Sequence record: SRR22947727_864
DNA: 62,621 nt
Direction: 5' to 3' (one strand)
Both the position numbers and the translations under genes were made by a program. Below the pieces are notes generated by a model. It was not told the origin of the DNA, did not search any database, and saw only the letters and a list, made by a program, of their open reading frames with translations. Every line of letters starts with the position of its first letter. The stretch's first letter is position 1. Below, piece after piece: positions 10,401 to 19,073 of this stretch.

Positions 10401-11249
10401 ATGGGTTTCTTTTACACCACTCTTAAATATCTTGCTGTCACCCTGTGGTCCGTCTTTGTGATTGCGCCGTTCCTATGGGCCATTTCGACCTCATTTAAAG
10501 ATTTCCAATCGGTCACCAATGGGGCCACCTACATTCCTTGGGTTGATTTTGAGCCCACATTGGAAGGTTGGCGGGCGCTTTGGAAATCACCGGCACAGGG
10601 CGGCGTGGATATTGTTGAGCCTTTCTTTAACAGCGTGTTTGTGACCTGCGCGGGCAGCTTGATCAGCATTATTTTGGGCACATTGGCGGCCTATGCTTTA
10701 TCACGGTTTACCTTTAAAGCGGGCCCTATTCGCAACGGTGATATAACCTTCTTCTTTATCTCGCAGCGTATTATGCCCCCTGTTGTTTTGGCGATCCCGT
10801 TCTTTATTATGTTGGGCAAATTCTCGTTGCTCGATACGTTGCTGGGCCTCATTTTGGTTTATATCGTGCTGCTGATGCCGATCGCGGTGTGGATCATGGT
10901 TGATTTTTTCAACAAAGTGCCACGCGAAATCGATGAAACCGCGCTGATTGATGGATGCAATCCCTACCAGGCGTTTTACAAAGTGGTGCTTCCAAACTCG
11001 ATCCCCGGGATCATCGTCGCGGGCATGTTTTGCATGATCTTCGGTTGGACTGATTTCTTCTTTTCCTTCATTTTGACATTCACAGAAGTGCAGCTTCTAC
11101 CCGTTGCGATCGTGGCGCTTAATTCATCGATCACCCCATGGTGGAGCTTGTCGGCGGCCGCTTTGGTCAGCGTTGCCCCATTGATCGTGGTGGCCTTTAT
11201 CGTTGAGCGGTTTTTGTCAAAAGGTAACCTGTCAGGAGCATTGAAATAA
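10401..11249 (+). CDS. CUT1 ABC transporter permease 2
   Basis: AAYALSRF, PREIDETALIDG (EAA loop). Confidence 0.93.
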   Translation: MGFFYTTLKYLAVTLWSVFVIAPFLWAISTSFKDFQSVTNGATYIPWVDFEPTLEGWRALWKSPAQGGVDIVEPFFNSVFVTCAGSLISIILGTLAAYALSRFTFKAGPIRNGDITFFFISQRIMPPVVLAIPFFIMLGKFSLLDTLLGLILVYIVLLMPIAVWIMVDFFNKVPREIDETALIDGCNPYQAFYKVVLPNSIPGIIVAGMFCMIFGWTDFFFSFILTFTEVQLLPVAIVALNSSITPWWSLSAAALVSVAPLIVVAFIVERFLSKGNLSGALK

Positions 11250-12329
11250 ATGTCACTCATTGCCTCAAACCTGTGTCTAAAGCCGGATACGGAACATCAT
11301 TTGAATGACGTTTGTTTTGAAATGTCTAAGGGTGAAATCTACACGATCATCGGCCGGACTTTGGCCGGTAAAACCACCTTGCTCAAAACCATTGCGGGAT
11401 TGATCGCGCCTGAAAGCGGCAGTTTAACTCTGGATGGCCGGGACTTCGGCCGCATTCCAGTGTGGAAGCGCGAAGTGGCAATGGTGTATCAGCAATTCAT
11501 CAATTACCCGCATCTGAGCGTGTATGAGAACGTGGCCTTCCCTTTAAAGCAGCGCGGCATGCAACCTGGTGAAATCAACAACCGGGTGATGAAAGCGCTG
11601 TCGCAAGTGGGGTTAGACGGGTTCGAAAATCGCAAAATCCAAGCTTTGTCGGGCGGCCAACAACAGCGGGTGGCGCTGGCGCGCTCTTTGGTGAAAGAGG
11701 CCAATATTGTGTTGCTGGATGAGCCCTTGGTGAATTTGGACTATAAATTGCGCGAACAATTGCGCGAAGAGTTCCGAAACATCTTTAGCGCGAAAGCCTC
11801 CGAAAATTCTATTTTGATTTATTCTTCGACAGATCCGGTTGAGGCGATGCAACTTGGCGGGCCGATATTGGTCATGGATGAAGGGCGCATCCTGCAGCAG
11901 GACAGCGCCAAAGAAGTGTATGAGAATCCCAACTCGACCAAAGTGTCGCAAATCACCAATGATCCGGCGATGAACCTGTTTGAAGGCACCGTGGCCGATG
12001 GCAAGATTATCTTAAGCTCGGAAATTCAATTCGACTTGCCTCAGCATTGCCAGGCGTTGCCGCAGGGCCCCTATACCTTCGGTTTGAGGGCCGCGGCGAT
12101 CAGCTTGGCAGAGGGTGGATTTCCCTTCACTGTTGAGCTGTCTGAGATCAGTGGCTCGGAAACCTTCTTACATCTCAAGCATGAGCATGTGCAGGTGGTG
12201 GGTCTGTTGGATTCGGTTCAAAATTTCAATATTGGCGAGACCGTGACAGCGCAATTTGATACCGCCCATCTTTATGCATTTGCAACGGATGGAAGATTAA
12301 AATCCTCACCCTATGGCGGACTGAAGTAA
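11250..12329 (+). CDS. ABC transporter ATP-binding protein, GlpS-like
   Basis: GRTLAGKT, VAMVYQQFINYP, LSGGQQQR, DEPLVNLDYKLRE resemble the Rhizobium glycerol ABC ATPase GlpS. Confidence 0.88.
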   Translation: MSLIASNLCLKPDTEHHLNDVCFEMSKGEIYTIIGRTLAGKTTLLKTIAGLIAPESGSLTLDGRDFGRIPVWKREVAMVYQQFINYPHLSVYENVAFPLKQRGMQPGEINNRVMKALSQVGLDGFENRKIQALSGGQQQRVALARSLVKEANIVLLDEPLVNLDYKLREQLREEFRNIFSAKASENSILIYSSTDPVEAMQLGGPILVMDEGRILQQDSAKEVYENPNSTKVSQITNDPAMNLFEGTVADGKIILSSEIQFDLPQHCQALPQGPYTFGLRAAAISLAEGGFPFTVELSEISGSETFLHLKHEHVQVVGLLDSVQNFNIGETVTAQFDTAHLYAFATDGRLKSSPYGGLK

Positions 12330-13402
12330 TGGCTAAAATTGAACTGCAAAATATTGCGCATTCTTACAACCCTCAGGCGGTGGATAAGACCTATGCGTTG
12401 AACCCGTTTAATATGACGTGGGTTGATGGCGGCCGTTATGCAATTTTAGGGCCCTCAGGCTGTGGTAAAACCACCATGCTGAACATCATGTCGGGTATCG
12501 TGCAACCCTCAGAGGGAAAACTGCTTTTTGATGGTGTGGATGTGACCACACTATCCACGTCTGAGCGTAATATTGCGCAAGTGTTTCAGTTTCCGGTGAT
12601 TTACGGCACGATGACGGTTGAACAAAACTTGGCCTTCCCTTTGGTCTGCCGGAATTATGAACGCCCCGCGATTGACGCCAAAGTTCAGGAAGTGGCCGAG
12701 GCGTTAAGCCTGCAGGGTTTGCTGAAAAAATCGGCCAGCCGATTGACCGCGGATCAAAAGCAGCTGATCTCATTGGGGCGTGGACTGGTGCGCGATGATG
12801 TTGCAGCGGTGTTGATGGATGAACCGCTTACGGTTATTGATCCGGACCTGAAATTCCGCCTGCGCCGGCAACTCAAAGAAATCAATCAGAAATACCGTTC
12901 AACGCTGATCTATGTGACGCATGATCAGAATGAAGCCATGACATTTGCCGAAAACATCATCGTGATGGATGCCGGTAGTATCGTTCAAGTTGGATCGCCT
13001 GCTGAGTTGTTTGAGCGCCCCAAAACAACCTTTGTGGGTTATTTTATCGGCGCGCCAGCGATGAACTTTTTTGCGTGCAAAGCAGATGGCAGTACATCGG
13101 TTGCCTTTGGCGGCGCAACGATTGCAACCCAAACGGACCTTTCAAAAACTGGCTCTGCGGATTTGAAATTGGGTATTCGATCCGAATATATCCAGATCGC
13201 TCAGGCAAAGGGGCCCAATACGATCACCGCGCAGGTGCAGCGGGTGGAAGATTTGGGCAATCATAAATTGGTTACCGCGGGCTTTGACGAGTTTGTGATT
13301 AAGGTCAAGGTTGAGCGCGATATCGAAGTGCCCGCAGAGCATGTTGAGCTGCTGCTTCCGGCTGAAAATTGTTGCGTTTATGCTGATGATATCTTGATCT
13401 AG
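12329..13402 (+). CDS. ABC transporter ATP-binding protein, GlpT-like (ABC type)
   Basis: GPSGCGKT, RNIAQVFQFPVIY, degenerate signature LTADQKQ, DEPLTVIDP resemble the Rhizobium glycerol ABC ATPase GlpT. Confidence 0.88.
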   Translation: MAKIELQNIAHSYNPQAVDKTYALNPFNMTWVDGGRYAILGPSGCGKTTMLNIMSGIVQPSEGKLLFDGVDVTTLSTSERNIAQVFQFPVIYGTMTVEQNLAFPLVCRNYERPAIDAKVQEVAEALSLQGLLKKSASRLTADQKQLISLGRGLVRDDVAAVLMDEPLTVIDPDLKFRLRRQLKEINQKYRSTLIYVTHDQNEAMTFAENIIVMDAGSIVQVGSPAELFERPKTTFVGYFIGAPAMNFFACKADGSTSVAFGGATIATQTDLSKTGSADLKLGIRSEYIQIAQAKGPNTITAQVQRVEDLGNHKLVTAGFDEFVIKVKVERDIEVPAEHVELLLPAENCCVYADDILI

Positions 13403-13747
13403 GGTCCAAAACGCGCGCCAAAAGCGTTCAAACGCCAAAAACTAGTTCTCGTGTTGGAAACTGCTTTGTAGGTTTGGGGCGCTTTTAAACGGCGCTGGGA
13501 TACGACATGACGCGCCTGTTTTAGCGCAAGCCTTGAGCGCGTGCGCGGCAGAGCAAGTCTATCGGTTTGCCGGACAGTTTGAAAGCAGGCCTGACGGGAA
13601 ATGTGGGCGTTTGTAGGGATATTTTTTTGCTCTGCGTGGCTTGCCCTTTCAATGCGTAAACTGAGATAAAGTTTATTGATTGCATCTGAAAACCCGCGGT
13701 TTGATTTTGTTCCTTTTCATTTAAGATTTAGTTTGTATATTTGGGGC

Positions 13748-13831
13748 ATGAACGTTTTGGGCCAAAATATCAATTTACGCAATGCGCGGTTAAAAGGGCT
13801 GCTTGGTCTAAATCTACTAAGCTGCCTCTGA
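13748..13831 (+). CDS. leuA leader peptide, 27 aa (MNVLGQNINLRNARLKGLLGLNLLSCL)
   Basis: 9 Leu codons including CTA-AAT-CTA-CTA, directly upstream of leuA and overlapping a long hairpin; not in the ORF track. Confidence 0.8.
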   Translation: MNVLGQNINLRNARLKGLLGLNLLSCL

Positions 13832-13896
13832 GCGTGCCGGTATTTGGTGCGTCCGCTCAGAGGAGGCAATTCATATCGCACCCCGAGCTTAGTAGA
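13813..13896 (+). promoter_or_regulatory. leuA attenuator-like RNA structure
   Basis: TCTACTAAGCT (13813-13823) pairs with AGCTTAGTAGA (13886-13896); inner CCTCTGAGCG (13825-13834) pairs with CGCTCAGAGG (13854-13863). Confidence 0.75.
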
Positions 13897-13914
13897 CAAT
13901 AAAGAGACCCAGAT

Positions 13915-15483
13915 ATGACAGATGTTCCCCCAAAAGACCGCGTTGTTATTTTCGATACGACCCTGCGCGATGGCGAACAAAGCCCCGGCGCAACAATGAC
14001 CCATGATGAAAAGCTAGAAATCGCTGAACTGCTTGATGAGATGGGTGTTGATATCATCGAAGCGGGATTTCCAATCGCATCTGAAGGTGATTTTCGCGCG
14101 GTCAGCGAAATCGCGCGCCGCAGCGCCAATTCGGTGATCTGCGGGCTGGCCCGCGCCAATATTGGCGATATTGATCGCTGCTGGGATGCGGTGAAAAATG
14201 CAGAAAAGCCGCGGATCCACACGTTCATTGGAACCTCTCCATTGCATCGGGCGATCCCGCAATTGGATATGGACCAAATGGCGGATCGGATCCATGAAAC
14301 GGTGACGCATGCGCGCAACCTGTGCGATAATATCCAATGGTCGCCTATGGACGCAACCCGCACCGAGCCGGATTATCTTTGCCGCGTGGTGGAAATTGCC
14401 ATTAAGGCTGGCGCCACAACGATCAACATTCCCGATACGGTTGGGTATACGGCGCCTGTGGAATCTGCCGAGTTGATTCAAATGCTATTGGCGCGCGTGC
14501 CCGGCGCAGAGCAGGTGGTATTTGCGACCCATTGCCATAATGATCTGGGTATGGCGACAGCCAACGCCTTGGCCGCGGTGGCGGGTGGCGCGCGCCAAAT
14601 CGAATGTACGATCAACGGTTTGGGTGAGCGGGCCGGTAATACCGCGCTGGAAGAAGTGGTGATGGCGTTAAAAGTGCGCCGCGATATCATGCCCTATTTT
14701 ACCAATATCGACAGCACGAAATTAATGAATATTTCGCGCCGCGTGGCTACGGTTTCTGGGTTTCCCGTACAGTTCAACAAAGCCATTGTGGGCAAGAATG
14801 CCTTTGCCCATGAAAGCGGCATCCATCAGGATGGAATGCTGAAAAATGCCGAAACGTTCGAAATTATGCGCCCCGAAGATGTTGGGCTTGCGGCGACAAA
14901 CTTGGTGATGGGCAAGCATTCAGGGCGCGCGGCATTGCGCTCAAAATTAGAAGAGCTGGGATATAAGCTGGGCGATAACCAGTTGAAAGACGTGTTTGTA
15001 CGCTTCAAGGAACTCGCTGATCGGAAAAAAGAAATTTATGATGATGATCTCATCGCGTTGATGCGCGCGGGGGAAGATGCCGAAAATGACCGCTTAGTAT
15101 TGAAATCTTTGCGCGTTACCTGCGGAACGGATGGCCCACAAGAAGCGGTGATGACGTTGTCAATTGAGGGTCAAGAGGTTTCGACCACCGCCACCGGGGA
15201 TGGACCGGTTGATGCAACTTTCAATGCCGTCAAAGCGCTATACGCGCATACTGCGCGGCTCCAATTATATCAGGTACACGCGGTGACCGAAGGCACCGAT
15301 GCACAAGCCACTGTCAGCGTGCGGATGGAGGAAGATGGTAATATTTCCACCGGAGAATCCGCCGATACCGATACTGTGGTTGCCAGTGCCAGGGCCTATC
15401 TGAACGCTTTGAATCGGTTATTAGTGCGCAGAGATCGTATTGGCGAGGATCATAAAGAGATCAATTATAAAGATTATAGCTAA
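13915..15483 (+). CDS. leuA: 2-isopropylmalate synthase
   Basis: FDTTLRDGEQSPG, HCHNDLG, GERAGN, HESGIHQDG, C-terminal GPVDA regulatory domain. Confidence 0.97.
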   Translation: MTDVPPKDRVVIFDTTLRDGEQSPGATMTHDEKLEIAELLDEMGVDIIEAGFPIASEGDFRAVSEIARRSANSVICGLARANIGDIDRCWDAVKNAEKPRIHTFIGTSPLHRAIPQLDMDQMADRIHETVTHARNLCDNIQWSPMDATRTEPDYLCRVVEIAIKAGATTINIPDTVGYTAPVESAELIQMLLARVPGAEQVVFATHCHNDLGMATANALAAVAGGARQIECTINGLGERAGNTALEEVVMALKVRRDIMPYFTNIDSTKLMNISRRVATVSGFPVQFNKAIVGKNAFAHESGIHQDGMLKNAETFEIMRPEDVGLAATNLVMGKHSGRAALRSKLEELGYKLGDNQLKDVFVRFKELADRKKEIYDDDLIALMRAGEDAENDRLVLKSLRVTCGTDGPQEAVMTLSIEGQEVSTTATGDGPVDATFNAVKALYAHTARLQLYQVHAVTEGTDAQATVSVRMEEDGNISTGESADTDTVVASARAYLNALNRLLVRRDRIGEDHKEINYKDYS

Positions 15484-15486
15484 AAG

Positions 15487-15512
15487 AAAACGGGCCCAAA
15501 GGCCCGTTTTTT
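15487..15512. terminator. Bidirectional rho-independent terminator
   Basis: AAAACGGGCC-CAAA-GGCCCGTTTTTT between convergent genes. Confidence 0.85.
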
Positions 15513-15527
15513 AAATGCGATATCTGC

Positions 15528-15773
15528 CTATAAGACATATTTTATGAATAAGATATTCGGGAGCACGAACGCAAAGCAGATGCAAAATACCTTGGCCAGG
15601 CGCGAGATTTTTCCAAAAGTGCCTTGCCCCAATGCACCCTGCCCATAGGCAATTGCCCCGCCAACCACGGCATAGCCGTTGGCCAAACGCCGATTTTTTG
15701 ATGCCTCAATTGAGCGCATCGCCGCCTCATAAATGGCGTTTTGTTCGGCTGCGTGTGAACTCTTCGTATTCAT
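15528..15773 (-). CDS. Hypothetical small protein with C-terminal TM helix
   Basis: AAGGA RBS before ATG 15773; hydrophobic C-terminus; ends at the shared terminator. Confidence 0.5.
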   Translation of the reverse strand: MNTKSSHAAEQNAIYEAAMRSIEASKNRRLANGYAVVGGAIAYGQGALGQGTFGKISRLAKVFCICFAFVLPNILFIKYVL

Positions 15774-16125
15774 ATTATATTCCTTTATTCCCATATGGTT
15801 GAGATGATGCAGCGCCGCTATAGGTCAAGCTTTTTGGAGAAAAGTTACGGGGTTTCTGTCTAAAAATTTGAACCAGTTTTCGCTGCTGTAGGCCGCCGTG
15901 AAGCCGGTTATCTTCCTGAGCGAATATCAGTTGGCAAGCCGTGGTTAGGTAGGGTGTTATTGCGGTGCACTGAACGGGTCTAGAGCCCTAAAACATATCT
16001 GGGCGTGATCGGATCTGTGCTTTCTGGGGCAAAAATCTTGCGCCAGCAGGCACATCAAGGGTATCAAGGGCGAAGTTTAAAGAAACCGCCTAGGAAAAAA
16101 TGATGCTGTATCGTGAGCAAATTCA

Positions 16126-17043
16126 ATGACCTATAACCGTATTCAACAGCGGGCGCTTGAGGTCTTAGAACCGGGGCGTTTGGGCGATTTATATAGTAAA
16201 ATCACCGACTATTTGATCGCAGCTTTGGTGATTTTGAACATAATGGCCGTAACGCTGGAATCGGTCAGTGATTTTTCAGTCACCTATGCGTCTCAATTTT
16301 ACTTTTTCGAAGTGTTTAGCGTGGCGATTTTTTCGGTGGAATATTTACTGCGCGTTTGGGCTTGCGCAGCACGCTCTGATCCCGGCTCAAAGCTATTTGG
16401 CAGTTACCGGCTGGGTTATATTTTCAGCTTTAGCGGATTGATCGATATGGTTTCAATCATTCCATTTTATTTGCAGGCTTTGTTTCCGGGGCTGGATTTA
16501 CGCGTTTTGCGAACTTTGCGTTTGCTGCGCATTTTTAAATTGTCAAATTACAATACGGCAATCGAAGATTTGTTCAGCGCCATTTATGAAGAGCGTAAAT
16601 CGTTTATTGCCGCTCTTTATCTTTTGGTGATTGCCTTCGTTCTGACCTCTTCTTTGATTTATTTCGCCGAAACCAAAGCCCAGCCCGACAAGTTCGGCTC
16701 TATTCCGGATTCAATGTATTGGTCACTGATCACGCTGACCACCGTGGGCTATGGCGATGTCAGCCCCGTGACATGGATTGGAAAAGTGATTTCGATCATT
16801 ACCGCTTTGATGGGCGTATCCGTTGTGGCGCTTTTAACGGGTATTTTAGCCAACGCGTTTAGCAATCAAATCGCCCGTCGGAAGATGATTTTCGAAGATC
16901 AAATCCGTGAAGCGCTGCAAGATGGCGTGGTGGACGCTGTAGAAAGCCGATCCTTAGAGGCTTTGCGCAAAGAATTCGGCCTCTCATCGCAACAAGCAGA
17001 TGCGTTAATGCGCCATGTTCAACGCGAAAAACGTATGGAATAA
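16126..17043 (+). CDS. 6TM voltage-gated potassium channel family protein
   Basis: S4 LRVLRTLRLLRIFKL; selectivity filter TTVGYGD. Confidence 0.95.
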   Translation: MTYNRIQQRALEVLEPGRLGDLYSKITDYLIAALVILNIMAVTLESVSDFSVTYASQFYFFEVFSVAIFSVEYLLRVWACAARSDPGSKLFGSYRLGYIFSFSGLIDMVSIIPFYLQALFPGLDLRVLRTLRLLRIFKLSNYNTAIEDLFSAIYEERKSFIAALYLLVIAFVLTSSLIYFAETKAQPDKFGSIPDSMYWSLITLTTVGYGDVSPVTWIGKVISIITALMGVSVVALLTGILANAFSNQIARRKMIFEDQIREALQDGVVDAVESRSLEALRKEFGLSSQQADALMRHVQREKRME

Positions 17044-17199
17044 CGCGCAGTCTTTTGCGCGTTAAAAAGCGCGGGCGCTGTGTCAATCTGTATCGCTTTA
17101 TGCGATGGAAAACGACTTTAATGTCGGTAATGCGAGCGCATAATCGAGCATAATTTTTATACAGGTTTGTATATCCACCCATTTTGAGTGATCTGATTT

Positions 17200-18117
17200 A
17201 TGCGCTTAGCGTCTTCCGTTTCAACCCCCGTATCGCGCGCTAAACTTTTGCGCGGAAACGGGATTTGTGTAGGCTCTATTTTTCTGTTTTCTTTGGCCTT
17301 TCCCGCCGCCGATCTGCTGTTGCAGGATTGGGGTGTTTTGGGGTTGATTTTGATCCGGAACATGCTGGCATTTGGCCTAATCCTATTATTATTTATTACG
17401 CTATTAGGCGCGCAGGGGCTGCGCGATTTACCATGGGCGAAAGGCTTCTGGATTGGCTTTACAGGCTTTGGAATTGGTTCAACCTTATTGATTTATGCGC
17501 AGGCAATAAGCGATCCGATCACCGCCGCTTTGGCGGCTGCAGCGATGCCGATTTCTGCTGTTTCTATTGAGATGATTTTAGATAAACGGCGGCTTACTCT
17601 TCCGTTTTCTATGGGGTTGGTGTTGGTTTTGATGGGGGGGTGTGTTGCCACTGGGGCGGGGCTTACTGGTTTTAATTTGGGTTGGGGCCTGATGGTCGGG
17701 TTGGTTTCCGTGTCGTTTTTTGCCTGGGGATCGAGGGCGAGTGTTGTAAACCTGCCCGACACCTCGCCGCTTGCGCGCACTGTCGTCACCACGTTTGGCA
17801 TGTGGGGTTTTACGCTGCTCCTATGGGGGTTTGGGCGGATATTTGGATGGGCAGGGGCGCATATTCCCCCGCCAAGTGCTGAGCATCTCATTCCAATGTG
17901 TATTTACGCGCTTTTAGGAGTAGGAATTTCGCAATTGCTTTGGGTGAAAGGTGTTGGCGAAATTGGGATCGCAATTGCTTCTTTCCATCTGAACGCTGCG
18001 CCATTTTACGTGATGATCGTGATGGTGGCTTTTGGCCAGAGTTTGCAAATCACGCAGGTGATTGGCGCTGCTATTCTGGCATTTGGGGTGATCTTATCGC
18101 AAACTAAAAAGGCTTAA
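17200..18117 (+). CDS. DMT/EamA family transporter
   Basis: About 10 TM segments, EamA-like; true start uncertain. Confidence 0.82.
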   Translation: MRLASSVSTPVSRAKLLRGNGICVGSIFLFSLAFPAADLLLQDWGVLGLILIRNMLAFGLILLLFITLLGAQGLRDLPWAKGFWIGFTGFGIGSTLLIYAQAISDPITAALAAAAMPISAVSIEMILDKRRLTLPFSMGLVLVLMGGCVATGAGLTGFNLGWGLMVGLVSVSFFAWGSRASVVNLPDTSPLARTVVTTFGMWGFTLLLWGFGRIFGWAGAHIPPPSAEHLIPMCIYALLGVGISQLLWVKGVGEIGIAIASFHLNAAPFYVMIVMVAFGQSLQITQVIGAAILAFGVILSQTKKA

Positions 18118-18155
18118 GGCCAAAATCTTCCATCGCGCCCCAGCTGCGATGTAGA

Positions 18156-18998
18156 TCAAATATTAGGCTCGCCCTGCAGCCCTAACAGCTTGCGAAACCC
18201 TGTCCAATAGCCGGGCAGGCGGGGAGGCTTGGTGAGACCATCATGAATTTCATTTGACCATTGGGCCATTTCATCCGCGGCAAACGCGCGGCCCCAATCC
18301 AAAAATGCCGCGGCTTCGGCAGGGCGTAAGCGGCAGGCGCTTCCCACCAGCCCGATTAATGTTTCGGCCGGCGAATACCATTCATCTTGGATGCCGGTGA
18401 CTTTGCGTTGCAAAATTGGCCCCATAAAGCGCATCAGGCGGTTTTCAGAAAATTGTAAGAGCAGCTTGCCCATGTCATCGCGCGTGTAGTGAATAAGGGG
18501 GGGGAACGTATCAAAAAAAACCGCTTTGCCCTGAACGATTGCAAAATTTCGGATTGAGGGGTGAAACCCGACGCGCCCATCTTCCGGGCTTAAATTATTC
18601 CAAAACCTAGCGATCACTTGGCCGGCTGCGTTCAGCATCTGCAACGCTTGTGCATGTGAGGCATTGATCATCAGCGGCCGCATCAATGCGTTGCTGTCAA
18701 GCGCTTCTTGAACAATCACCGGAAAGCGGCGCCCATCCATCTCTAACAATAAAAATTCTGTCTCTGGCAGGCCAACCCCGGTTTTATGCAGAATGGCGAC
18801 ATAATCGGTATGGTTTTTTGCAAGCTGATCCAGCGCGCCATGGTCGGATAGGCTTTGGTATATTTTGATGACTTTGCTGCGGAAAGGCCCTGTACCGGGT
18901 TGGAATGGCGCGCAAAAATAGCCCAGTTTTGAGATGGTGGTGCCACGCGCGGCGCTATCGGCGCGGATCAGTTGTTTTAGCGCGTCTTGATCAACCAT
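18156..18998 (-). CDS. Conserved hypothetical protein with kinase-like motifs (DUF6206-like, from recall)
   Basis: LGYFC loop, KVIK, IVQE, HPSIRNF, FFDT in protein-kinase-like order. Confidence 0.5.
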   Translation of the reverse strand: MVDQDALKQLIRADSAARGTTISKLGYFCAPFQPGTGPFRSKVIKIYQSLSDHGALDQLAKNHTDYVAILHKTGVGLPETEFLLLEMDGRRFPVIVQEALDSNALMRPLMINASHAQALQMLNAAGQVIARFWNNLSPEDGRVGFHPSIRNFAIVQGKAVFFDTFPPLIHYTRDDMGKLLLQFSENRLMRFMGPILQRKVTGIQDEWYSPAETLIGLVGSACRLRPAEAAAFLDWGRAFAADEMAQWSNEIHDGLTKPPRLPGYWTGFRKLLGLQGEPNI

Positions 18999-19073
18999 CC
19001 TATGCCCCTTTACCGTCTTGTTTTCGTAAGGGCGCTATACGCGTTCGCGGGCGGGATGGCCAGAGCTGCAGGG

